DNA of 59,981 nt, taken from a virus (Duplodnaviria; Caudoviricetes). Positions 1 through 7,869 of the stretch are shown here, piece by piece. Positions within the stretch are counted from its first letter, which is position 1; every line of letters begins with the position of its first letter. Under the pieces are notes generated by a model. It was not told the origin of the DNA. It worked only from the letters and a program-made list of their open reading frames with translations, and ran no database searches. The position numbers and the translations under genes are program-made. The stretch covers positions 1 through 59,981 of IMG/VR virus record IMGVR_UViG_3300032293_001960. One strand, 5' to 3'.

Positions 1-156
1 AGCATTCCAGCATTTCCTGGATCAGTTGCAGCAGTTACGAACATGTCCAACATGTTCGCCAACTGCAGCTCCCTGCAAAGCATTCCAGCATTTCCTGGAT
101 CAGTTGCAGCAGTTACGAACATGGCCAGCATGTTCGCCAACTGCAGCTCCCTGCAA
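1..156 (+). repeat. 78-bp tandem repeat (2 copies, 76/78 identical) encoding LRR units
   Basis: 1-78 vs 79-156 differ only at nt 46/124 and 50/128. Confidence 0.95.
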
Positions 157-435
157 AACATTCCGGCACTCAACATGAGTGGTATTTCCTCAGCCGCAAA
201 CGGTGCAACCCTGTTCGTCACTTGCTCCTCCCTCGCCCGTGCCCCAGTTACAGGAATGCGCTTCTCCTTCTCTGTGGCTAGTTGCAAGCTATCCGCCACC
301 GCGCTAAACGAAATCTTCACCGGCCTGCCAACAGTGACGGGGCAGACCATCACCGTGACGGGCAACTATGGCATCAGCCAGGCGGGTTATAACCCAACGA
401 TAGCCACTGCCAAGGGCTGGACGGTGACCGCATGA
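1..435 (+). CDS. C-terminal part of a BspA/DUF285-like leucine-rich-repeat tail fibre or receptor-binding protein (5' end outside window)
   Basis: 26-aa repeats SIPAFPGSVAAVTNMxxMFANCSSLQ; C-terminus LSATALNEIFTGLP...IATAKGWTVTA typical of phage LRR fibres. Confidence 0.7.
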   Translation, partial: SIPAFPGSVAAVTNMSNMFANCSSLQSIPAFPGSVAAVTNMASMFANCSSLQNIPALNMSGISSAANGATLFVTCSSLARAPVTGMRFSFSVASCKLSATALNEIFTGLPTVTGQTITVTGNYGISQAGYNPTIATAKGWTVTA

Positions 436-884
436 TGAACACAGCAGGCTTTTACAAACTAGATGATGCGCTGAGATATGCGCCTACCGCTGTCTACGGC
501 CCTGAGTATGTGTTACGCCTGGAGCAGAGAGAATCTTATACCTACCCCGTGAATGGTTGGTGGTATTTCAACACTGAAAGCGAAGCGGAACAGTTCTTCC
601 AGGTGAATGGAACCAGCACAGCCCGTTGGGTGGAATTTGGCAATGCAGTGGCAGCCATGGTGGAGGTGAACCAGTTCCTTGCTGTCGCCTTTCAGGCTGC
701 ACCTGCCCTTTATGGCACCTTGACCGTGGGCCTGGGCAAAGCAGCTGATGGGGATTCCAGGGTGTTCCTGGCGGCCTGGAGCCAGGCCAAGGCGCTGGGG
801 CTGGTGCCAGTTGAGCTGATTGCTCCGCTGCAGGCACTGGCCACGGCCCATGGGCTACCGGTTGAGTTTGTGGAGGGGTTGTGA
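432..884 (+). CDS. hypothetical tail-fibre-associated protein
   Basis: ATGA overlap with the fibre gene; YTYPVNGWWYF motif. Confidence 0.6.
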   Translation: MMNTAGFYKLDDALRYAPTAVYGPEYVLRLEQRESYTYPVNGWWYFNTESEAEQFFQVNGTSTARWVEFGNAVAAMVEVNQFLAVAFQAAPALYGTLTVGLGKAADGDSRVFLAAWSQAKALGLVPVELIAPLQALATAHGLPVEFVEGL

Positions 885-1409
885 CGGGCGTGGGGCTTCC
901 TGCAAGACAGATACATACACATTGCCCATTGTGATTAACGGCAGTATTCGTTCTCGCAGATCTTGATTGTGCATGCGAATACAACCAAGCGTTGCATAAA
1001 GTGTCTGCTTAGGCATCCAAGCCCCAGGCCACCCACAGGCACTACCACCACCGTGGATCATGATCCCATCTCTATATGGTCTGCTATCCGGCCCTTCCTG
1101 TCCCTCTAGGCCTTCGAGATCAAATGAATACCAGCCATACGCGCATCTATTGGCTGTTTGATAGTTAGTAGAAGAGCTGTGTTCATAGTCTCTATAAATA
1201 CCTCTTTTATTGATTTTATACAGCCCTGGTGGTGTATCCGAGCCTGTGTGCTTCCACTCAGCTTCCTTACCCTGACCCCTGCACAGACAGGGTACACACC
1301 ACAGTTTCACACCTATGTGCGTGTAAGCAGTAATCGTCTCATTTATATCATTAGCGATCAAATGGTGATCACCGGCTTTTAGAGGCGGCCTGATCTTCGG
1401 TCCTACCAT
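855..1409 (-). CDS. L,D-transpeptidase (YkuD) family protein
   Basis: IMIHGGG...TLGCIRMHN His/Cys catalytic motif; DTPPGLY motif; probable start MVGPK at 1409. Confidence 0.8.
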   Translation of the reverse strand: MVGPKIRPPLKAGDHHLIANDINETITAYTHIGVKLWCVPCLCRGQGKEAEWKHTGSDTPPGLYKINKRGIYRDYEHSSSTNYQTANRCAYGWYSFDLEGLEGQEGPDSRPYRDGIMIHGGGSACGWPGAWMPKQTLYATLGCIRMHNQDLRERILPLITMGNVYVSVLQEAPRPSQPLHKLNR

Positions 1410-1489
1410 GCCCGAAGGCCACACAGGAGACGCGATAGTCACTGAAAACAACCCGTATAGGCCATTGTAACGACTTATTCATGAACCAG

Positions 1490-1515
1490 TGACGTACTCC
1501 CCCGCCTGAAGGCGG
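1490..1515 (-). mobile_element. orphan IS200/IS605 right-end hairpin remnant
   Basis: 25/26 identical to the right end at 5519-5544; hairpin CCGCC-TGAA-GGCGG; no transposase adjacent. Confidence 0.75.
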
Positions 1516-1600
1516 TCACCCGCAGAAGCGCTCTACTTAAACGACCCCACCAAGCCAGTTTTAAGCCAACCCCCGAAGACCGCCCCTCAAGATCCCAGTT

Positions 1601-1644
1601 CAGGACGTAGCTCAGCTCGCTAGCGCACCACTTGAAGGTAGTGG
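1601..1644 (+). other. degenerate 5' half of a tRNA-Pro-like sequence; candidate attP core
   Basis: CAGGACG-TA-GCTCAGCTCGCTAGCGC-A-CCACT-TGAAGGT-AGTGG: D-arm and anticodon stem present, no T-arm; directly upstream of the integrase. Confidence 0.55.
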
Positions 1645-1781
1645 ATACTCCTTAATAATACACTAGACCCTAAGCCCTGACTGCCACTCAGAACGCAGTC
1701 GGGGCTTCTGCTTTGCAAGAAAATAGGCTTGACTGTTTAAGCCTGCGTAGGTCTGTCTAAGCCCACCTACACCCCGATTTT

Positions 1782-2831
1782 ATGCCAGATTTAAGCCAAG
1801 CCCCCGAGCTCGTAGGGGCCAATGCCCGCCTGAAAGCCTCCAAGCTGAAATGCTCCATTCAGCAACGCGGTAGTTCCTACGTACTGATCGCCACCCTGCC
1901 CCTGCGCGACGCTCCAGGACGCAAGCAACAGCGCATCAACCTGGGACCGCTCACAGTTATAGAGGCCGAACGCCTGGCCCTTGAACTCGGACATCAACTC
2001 CGCACAGGTACCTTCTGCTGGGAGGCCTGGGACCGTCCCCAGGGAGCGGCCACCATCACCACCGACGATTTCCACGCCGCTGCCGTAACGCTCCACGCCA
2101 GCAAGTACAGCCGCTCCCCCGAGCGCGGCGCTGTGGCCTGGGCCAAAAAGTGGGCCCCAGCTCTCCGCAAGCTGCCCCCAGGCCCTGTCACCGAAGCAAT
2201 TCTCCTGCGCACTGTGCGGCGGCTCCCAGAGGGCTCTGCAGGCCGCCGCGATCAGGGAAATGTGCTGGCCCAGGTGGCTCGTTCCCTGGGGATTCCTGAC
2301 GCCGCCCTGTTGGCGACCTGCCGAGGCTACGGGGCGGCCTCTCTGCGTCCTCGGGACATTCCCTCCGACCCCGAGATCGAGGCTGCCTGGAGCTGCCTGC
2401 GCCTGCCGCACTGGCGATGGACCTGGGGCATGTGCGCCGCCTACGGCCTGAGGCCCCACGAGTGCGCAGAGCTCACCTGGCTGGATGACGATTGGATTGA
2501 AATCGCGGATGCCACGAAGACAGGCAGCCGCCGTGTTACTCCCTGTCCAAGTGTTTGGGTGGATGCCTGGGGCCTGAGGGAGCTCCAGCGGCCTCCCCAA
2601 TCCCCGCAAACCTTAAGTAATGCTATCACTACTGCTCTCACCCGAGACCGCATCAGCATCAAGCCGTACGCCCTCAGGCACGCCTACGCCCTAAGGTTGC
2701 TGAGCAGGGGCGTTACTGCAGATCTGGCGGCCCGCCTGATGGGCCACAGCCTGGCAGTGCATCAGCAGACTTACCAACGATGGATCGAGGCTGACCGGAT
2801 TCAGAAAGCGATGGGCAACGTTCGGCTTTAG
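1782..2831 (+). CDS. int: tyrosine recombinase / phage integrase
   Basis: YGLRPHE, KTG, YALRHAYA and MGHS...TY catalytic motifs. Confidence 0.92.
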   Translation: MPDLSQAPELVGANARLKASKLKCSIQQRGSSYVLIATLPLRDAPGRKQQRINLGPLTVIEAERLALELGHQLRTGTFCWEAWDRPQGAATITTDDFHAAAVTLHASKYSRSPERGAVAWAKKWAPALRKLPPGPVTEAILLRTVRRLPEGSAGRRDQGNVLAQVARSLGIPDAALLATCRGYGAASLRPRDIPSDPEIEAAWSCLRLPHWRWTWGMCAAYGLRPHECAELTWLDDDWIEIADATKTGSRRVTPCPSVWVDAWGLRELQRPPQSPQTLSNAITTALTRDRISIKPYALRHAYALRLLSRGVTADLAARLMGHSLAVHQQTYQRWIEADRIQKAMGNVRL

Positions 2832-2909
2832 GTCTCTGCGCATTCCTAGCCGATCCAGGTTACACTTCAACCTGTCCAGGCCTGTTTAGGCCCTTACACA
2901 CCTAGCACC

Positions 2910-3212
2910 ATGCCTTTGAACCTGCGGCCCGACGCGGACGAGCGGACAGAAATCCTCTATCGCCTGACGCGCATCGAAGCCATCCTTGACAACCTCAGCC
3001 GCTCACAGGTGGAGTGGATCAATTCTGAGGAGTATTGCCGCTTGATCGGCATAGCACCCAAGCAGTTGACGTACTACATGTCAAAGGGCGTCCCCGGGGG
3101 CGATGCTGTGCGTAACATCGGAACGATTGCACGGCCCCGCTACCGCTTCCACCGCGTGACTGCCATTAACCAGTTTCTGAATAGGTCTGCTGCGCTTAGA
3201 TCCGCGCAGTGA
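2910..3212 (+). CDS. putative excisionase-like HTH DNA-binding protein
   Basis: small basic protein next to the integrase; WINSEEYCRLIGIAPKQLTYY HTH-like segment, RYRFH wing. Confidence 0.5.
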   Translation: MPLNLRPDADERTEILYRLTRIEAILDNLSRSQVEWINSEEYCRLIGIAPKQLTYYMSKGVPGGDAVRNIGTIARPRYRFHRVTAINQFLNRSAALRSAQ

Positions 3213-3816
3213 TCACCCGCTCCGGCTGGTGTTGGTATTTACCCGAGCGGTCTTCGTAGGTGACATCACAGGGATCCCCCTCGAAGAACAGCAGCTGGCA
3301 GATTCCCTCATTGGCATAGATACGGCAGTCAGCCCCTGAGGAGTTGCTGAACTCCAGAGTGAGATTCCCCTCCCAGCCGGCCTCGGCGGGAGTTGCATTT
3401 AAAATGATACCTAGACGGGCGTAAGTGCTCTTTCCCAGGCAGATGACCGTGACATTGCTCGGGACCTTGAGCTTCTCCCGGGCGACTCCGAGCCCATAGG
3501 AGTGGGCCGGGAGAATGAAATAGGTCCCGTCGTTGTCTGAGTTCAGGGCGGCGGGCTCCAGGTTGGCAGGGTTGAACCGCTTGGGGTCCATCACCGTGCC
3601 GGGCACATGGCGGAAGATCAGGAACTCCTTGGGCGAGAGGCGCAGGTCGTAGCCGTAGGAGCTGCAGCCGTATGACAGGGCCGGGACAGTGTCGATCAGA
3701 GTGGGAGAAACAAAGTAGGAACACCTGCGCTCAATGCGGCGTACCAGCTCCGGAGTGAACGGTTCGATCATCCCAGCAGAGGCTTGCTGCTTGATCCAGC
3801 GGTCGTTTTTCAGCAT
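3196..3816 (-). CDS. dcd: dCTP deaminase
   Basis: SYGCSSYGYDLRL, GKSTYAR, TPAEAGWEG, YANEGICQ motifs; start MLKNDRW at 3816. Confidence 0.93.
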   Translation of the reverse strand: MLKNDRWIKQQASAGMIEPFTPELVRRIERRCSYFVSPTLIDTVPALSYGCSSYGYDLRLSPKEFLIFRHVPGTVMDPKRFNPANLEPAALNSDNDGTYFILPAHSYGLGVAREKLKVPSNVTVICLGKSTYARLGIILNATPAEAGWEGNLTLEFSNSSGADCRIYANEGICQLLFFEGDPCDVTYEDRSGKYQHQPERVITARI

Positions 3817-3853
3817 GGAGGGGAATGGGCACGGCCCCGTGTGTGGGCGTCGG

Positions 3854-4210
3854 TCAAGACTTGCAGGCGATGGCGAGGGATCCACAGTCACAATATTCGG
3901 GGCCGTACTGACAGGGGCCACCAGCACATTCCGCAATGGTTACGGGAGAGTAGAGAAAGGGTCTAGTTACCATCTTTGGAGTCAACTGATGATCAGAGGT
4001 GAACATCATGGCGTCACAGGTAATATTTTTATCTAAAAATTCCCAGGGAGGGGTTTTATCAACATCAAATATCATTAGGCCGGGTATATCTGCAATTAGC
4101 TCTGCATAAGAGCATACTGTTTTGACCTGGCTAATTACGTCTTCCTTTTGGAGATTGGTATAGCTCCATTGGTGCTCATCATAAAGATAGAGATGATAAC
4201 AAGTTCCCAT
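3854..4210 (-). CDS. hypothetical protein
   Basis: 118-aa ORF, codirectional with neighbours, Cys-rich C-terminus. Confidence 0.5.
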   Translation of the reverse strand: MGTCYHLYLYDEHQWSYTNLQKEDVISQVKTVCSYAELIADIPGLMIFDVDKTPPWEFLDKNITCDAMMFTSDHQLTPKMVTRPFLYSPVTIAECAGGPCQYGPEYCDCGSLAIACKS

Positions 4211-4288
4211 GGCTTAAGTGGTGTGAGGTGAACTGGCAGACAGGGCGTCACTGATCGTTTGCCAGTGTTCGTCAGAAAGTGTGATCGT

Positions 4289-4564
4289 GCGGGTCATGGA
4301 TTCATCTCCAATGGGGTTGGCACCGGCAGGGCTTGTAGTCAGTCATTTAGCTCCAAGGCAGAATATTTGGGCTGGACGGTTGTCATACAACTTTTGGCAG
4401 GCTTGCCACTTTTGCGGCAACCACCACCAAGCGACTGCAAACATAATCAGAAGGGTTGCTACTGTGGCAATCGCAATGAACTTGTCGTCGTCAGTCATTG
4501 CCACCCTGCGGCTCGGGCTTGGCCAGTTCGGCGCGGGTCATGGATTCATCTCCAATGGGGTTGG
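4289..4564. repeat. 32-bp perfect direct repeat (4289-4320, 4533-4564) at gene junctions
   Basis: minus strand reads CCAACCCCATTGGAGATGAATCCATGACCCGC: GGAG plus start/stop overlap. Confidence 0.9.
4343..4498 (-). CDS. small membrane protein (51 aa, below ORF-track cutoff)
   Basis: manual translation MTDDDKFIAIATVATLLIMFAVAWWWLPQKWQACQKLYDNRPAQIFCLGAK; one hydrophobic helix. Confidence 0.55.
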   Translation of the reverse strand: MTDDDKFIAIATVATLLIMFAVAWWWLPQKWQACQKLYDNRPAQIFCLGAK

Positions 4565-5092
4565 AAGGGGTAGGGCATTATGGGGGAGCGAGTGAGTCCA
4601 GCATGACCACGCCTCTGGCCTATCAAAAACCCAACAGGGGTCTGTGTCGTCCGCGTCAAAACCCCAGCACCAACCGGCTTCATCGCACCATCCCTCACGC
4701 TCCCATGGCCGCTCAGCGACGGGCACCGGCTCGATGACGGGGCGGGCGTAGCGGGCGAGCATGTCTGCAGCGCGGCCAAAGTAGATCCCATCACCCCGAT
4801 CCCTCAGGCTTGCGCCTTCCTGAGTCAGGAAGTGTTCCCGAGTGCGCAGGCACTGGATCAGCTCGTCCACCTCTCCCACCTCCAGCTCAGGCTGGGCCAG
4901 GGCGGCGGCAGGCAGCCAGGTCCTCGTCCCATCCGTCAGCCCCACCCCCTGCGGCTCGGGCTGGGCCAGGGCGGCGCGGACGCGATTCACCAGCGCATCA
5001 TCGTGCTGCTCATTGGCGACTTTGTAGTCGTGTAGCTCGTTCACCAGCTCAGCGCACAGCGCACGAAACGAGATCGAAGTGGGTTGGCTCAT
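4538..5092 (-). CDS. hypothetical modular phage protein (RALCAEL / AALAQPE family)
   Basis: internal AALAQPE repeat; C-terminal WCD..GWCW...THSLPHNALPLP segment. Confidence 0.65.
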   Translation of the reverse strand: MSQPTSISFRALCAELVNELHDYKVANEQHDDALVNRVRAALAQPEPQGVGLTDGTRTWLPAAALAQPELEVGEVDELIQCLRTREHFLTQEGASLRDRGDGIYFGRAADMLARYARPVIEPVPVAERPWEREGWCDEAGWCWGFDADDTDPCWVFDRPEAWSCWTHSLPHNALPLPTPLEMNP

Positions 5093-5391
5093 GATTCAGG
5101 TGGTCGCGGATTTGCAGGAATGGTTCTTGCCAGCTCAAGCAGATCCTCCCTAGAGAAGCAGCCGTCTAGCTCTATGTCGCCGTCACAGTATTCATAGATG
5201 TAATTTTCCCTGTGTTTGCGCATGTCGTTACATTCCTGCACGGTGAGTGCCTCCGGCTCAGGCTTGGCCAGTTCGGCGCGGGTGCGGGTGATCAGATCGG
5301 CATCTGCTGTGTCTTCAGGTGGACCACCACCAAGCTGCCATTCAGCCAAGGCATTAACCAGCTCAGCACACCGCTCTCTCCAATCAGTCAT
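5089..5391 (-). CDS. hypothetical protein, paralogous N-terminus to 4538..5092
   Basis: RERCAELVNAL...RAELAKPEPE; ATGA overlap. Confidence 0.65.
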   Translation of the reverse strand: MTDWRERCAELVNALAEWQLGGGPPEDTADADLITRTRAELAKPEPEALTVQECNDMRKHRENYIYEYCDGDIELDGCFSREDLLELARTIPANPRPPES

Positions 5392-5517
5392 TTTTCAGAC
5401 CGTTGATAGTAATAGTGTTAGACATGATAACTTGGTTGGTAAAGGAACTAAAGGTTGGTAAGGTTTCTAGCCGGAGCCTGCTGAGCACTTGCATCCTAAA
5501 CAGGACAGCTATGCGTT

Positions 5518-6838
5518 TTGACGTACTCCCCGGCCTGAAGGCGGGAGATTCTCGGATCTTCAGGAGCCCTCATGGTGCTTCCCCTCCCCGAGCTTCTCTA
5601 GCGCCCAGCCCGGACGCTGAATGGATTCCACGCTTGAGCACCACCTGAGCGGCGGCTACATCCCGATCGGCGGTGTAGCCGCACTCCGGGCAGTCGTGGA
5701 CACGAACACTGAGATCCTTCGGCACTGCCGCCCCGCACTCGGGGCATTGCTGGCTGGTGCCCCTGGCATCCACCTTCTTCACGCAGACGCCACGCTTCAG
5801 CCCGACCCATTGCAGGATCGAGATGAACTGGCTCCAGCCTGCATCGAGCACCTGCTTCGACAGGTTGCCGCGTGCCATCCCTGCGATGTTCAGCGCCTCA
5901 ACCACGATGGTGTCGGCGGTGTCGCAGAGCCGGTGGGCTTCCTTGAAGTGGAAGTCCTTGCGGACATTGCTCAGGCGTTCGTGTTGCCTGGCGAGACGGT
6001 GCATGGCGATGCGCCAGCGGCTGCTCCCCTTGCGCTTCTTCGATGCCGAACGGTTCAGCTCTTTCAGCCTGTGTTGTCCGGTCTCGAAGAAACGGGGATT
6101 GGCCACCAACTCACCGGCACTGGTCGCCAGGAAGCTTTTGATGCCGACATCGACGCCGATCGCATTGCCGTGCGGCTGCGGTTCGGGGATGTCGATGTCC
6201 TGCTCAAGCGAGAGCATGGCGTAGAAGCCAGACGCTCGCTTGACGATCCGCACCTGCTTGACGATGGCGCCATCAGGCAGCGGACGAGACTGGCGTAGCT
6301 TCACCCAGCCGATCTTCGGCAGGCTGATGCGGCCAGCAGATAACACCTGCTTGTTCAACTGTGGGAACAGGAAAGACCTGATCCGTTTCTTGAACCTTGG
6401 GAAGCCCAGTCCTCGCTCCCATGTCGCCACAAAGGATGCCTCCAGGTTGCGGAGGACTTGCTGGAGAACATGGGTGTGAGGTTCCTTCAGCCATGGCCGT
6501 GATGGCTTGGCGGCTGCCAATGCAGCGCACTGCTTGGCGAAGGTGGGCTTGGGTGCATCCGGCGGAATGATGTACTCCTGCCGGATCGAGCAGGCGTTGA
6601 CGGGTGATTTCTTCGCACGAGCGAAGTCCCGTCGCTCAGCCAGGGCGTAGTTCCAGACGCCTTTGCAGATATCCAGCCAGCGGTCGAAAGTCTCGACCTG
6701 GGCGGGCGTCGGCAGCAGCTTGAACTCGTAGGTCTGGTTAAGCATGACTAAATGCTAGCCGTTTTCTTCAGGCTGTGCTGGACAAGGCTTTGAGGGAAAG
6801 CCGCCCTGAAGGGCGGGGCTTGAGACCCAGTTCCAAGG
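5518..6838 (-). mobile_element. IS1341-type (tnpB-only) IS200/IS605 element
   Basis: left end CCTTGGAACTGGG with hairpin GCCGCCC-TGAA-GGGCGG after 5' flank TGAC; right-end hairpin ending in TCAA. Confidence 0.85.
5570..6745 (-). CDS. tnpB: RNA-guided endonuclease TnpB
   Basis: HTH N-terminus; RuvC GVDVG / VVEAL / DRDVAAA; CPECG..CPECG zinc ribbon. Confidence 0.95.
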   Translation of the reverse strand: MLNQTYEFKLLPTPAQVETFDRWLDICKGVWNYALAERRDFARAKKSPVNACSIRQEYIIPPDAPKPTFAKQCAALAAAKPSRPWLKEPHTHVLQQVLRNLEASFVATWERGLGFPRFKKRIRSFLFPQLNKQVLSAGRISLPKIGWVKLRQSRPLPDGAIVKQVRIVKRASGFYAMLSLEQDIDIPEPQPHGNAIGVDVGIKSFLATSAGELVANPRFFETGQHRLKELNRSASKKRKGSSRWRIAMHRLARQHERLSNVRKDFHFKEAHRLCDTADTIVVEALNIAGMARGNLSKQVLDAGWSQFISILQWVGLKRGVCVKKVDARGTSQQCPECGAAVPKDLSVRVHDCPECGYTADRDVAAAQVVLKRGIHSASGLGAREARGGEAP

Positions 6839-6851
6839 GTCAGTGAGGCGC

Positions 6852-7211
6852 TTACGCCGCGTCGTCTTCCGGGCTTGCACTCGGCGGCTCTTCCCCTGCT
6901 TGTGTTGTCACTTCAGTCACCACAGACTCCAGGAATGCGTCTACCCGTTCTCGCAACAGCGCTAAAGGGTCATGCATGTCCCGCACCACTGGAGCAGTGT
7001 CCCCTTCACCCTGCTCCATTGCGAAATGACTTACTAGACGACGGAAGCGCATTGCATCCGCTTCATCACTTTTATCAGGTTGTAGTGCAGGCCTTCGCGC
7101 TTCTCGATAACGCATTGCGCACTCAGCTGAAACGTGACTAGCTAACCAGTCGTAGCTCTGCTCAAACTCGTCATCGGCCCCTGCTTGTCTGTGCTGCGCT
7201 TTGGTTGTCAT
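6852..7211 (-). CDS. hypothetical protein
   Basis: 119-aa ORF in the leftward operon. Confidence 0.6.
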   Translation of the reverse strand: MTTKAQHRQAGADDEFEQSYDWLASHVSAECAMRYREARRPALQPDKSDEADAMRFRRLVSHFAMEQGEGDTAPVVRDMHDPLALLRERVDAFLESVVTEVTTQAGEEPPSASPEDDAA

Positions 7212-7398
7212 TTTTCTGTGCTGATGGTTGATTTTGTTTCAAACGGGCTGAAGCACGAGCTTGTTTTTTGCCTATGTTCCAATCGTGAAAAAACTGGGCA
7301 TCATCAACAAGCCGAACTAACAACCCGTTTGGCAGCTTCTGCGCTATTACATACAAACGACGCAATAGCGCAGTTCTATGCTGCTCGGCTGGGCTCAC
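7171..7398 (-). CDS. hypothetical protein
   Basis: 75-aa ORF overlapping the AbrB stop. Confidence 0.55.
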   Translation of the reverse strand: MSPAEQHRTALLRRLYVIAQKLPNGLLVRLVDDAQFFHDWNIGKKQARASARLKQNQPSAQKNDNQSAAQTSRGR

Positions 7399-7802
7399 GC
7401 AGCAACGAGTTCCCGTTCAGGCACGGCCTGTTGTGCATCGAGTGCACCCAGCTCAGCGTCTTCGTCCAGATAATTAAGCCGAACTTCACCGCTACTCACC
7501 GTAATTGCTAGCCTGTCACCAGGCTCGAAGCCAGCAACCTGCCCGTATGTGCGGCCAATTAGCATGATGCCGTTACGATGCACTTTAGTTGCATAGCTAG
7601 CACTCTTACCGCGATCATGCTTGTGCTCAGCCCCAACTTTTAGCCCCTTTGCAGCCAAAACTGCTGTAATAAACGCCTTTTTAAGCACTTGTGGCTTTCC
7701 GGCTGGCGTGGTGCGGACATACCCAGCTGCACGAGCTAGGTCTATTTCGGACACACCAGGGTTGGCTTCAATAAATGAAACCAGTTCGTCGCCTCTGAGC
7801 AT
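7395..7802 (-). CDS. cyanobacterial-type AbrB-like transcriptional regulator
   Basis: ARAAGYV...AFITAVLAAKG...YATKVHRNGIMLIGRTY...FEPGD matches the cyAbrB pattern; start MLRGDEL at 7802. Confidence 0.8.
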   Translation of the reverse strand: MLRGDELVSFIEANPGVSEIDLARAAGYVRTTPAGKPQVLKKAFITAVLAAKGLKVGAEHKHDRGKSASYATKVHRNGIMLIGRTYGQVAGFEPGDRLAITVSSGEVRLNYLDEDAELGALDAQQAVPERELVAA

Positions 7803-7869
7803 GGTTATAGGTGGAAGGCTTCTCCACCCTACACCAAGCCGGTTAGCACTGCAACCAAACCGGAACAGG

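Noticed and set aside
1601-1680. Functional tRNA gene
   Set aside because: No T-arm, 3' acceptor strand or canonical anticodon loop.
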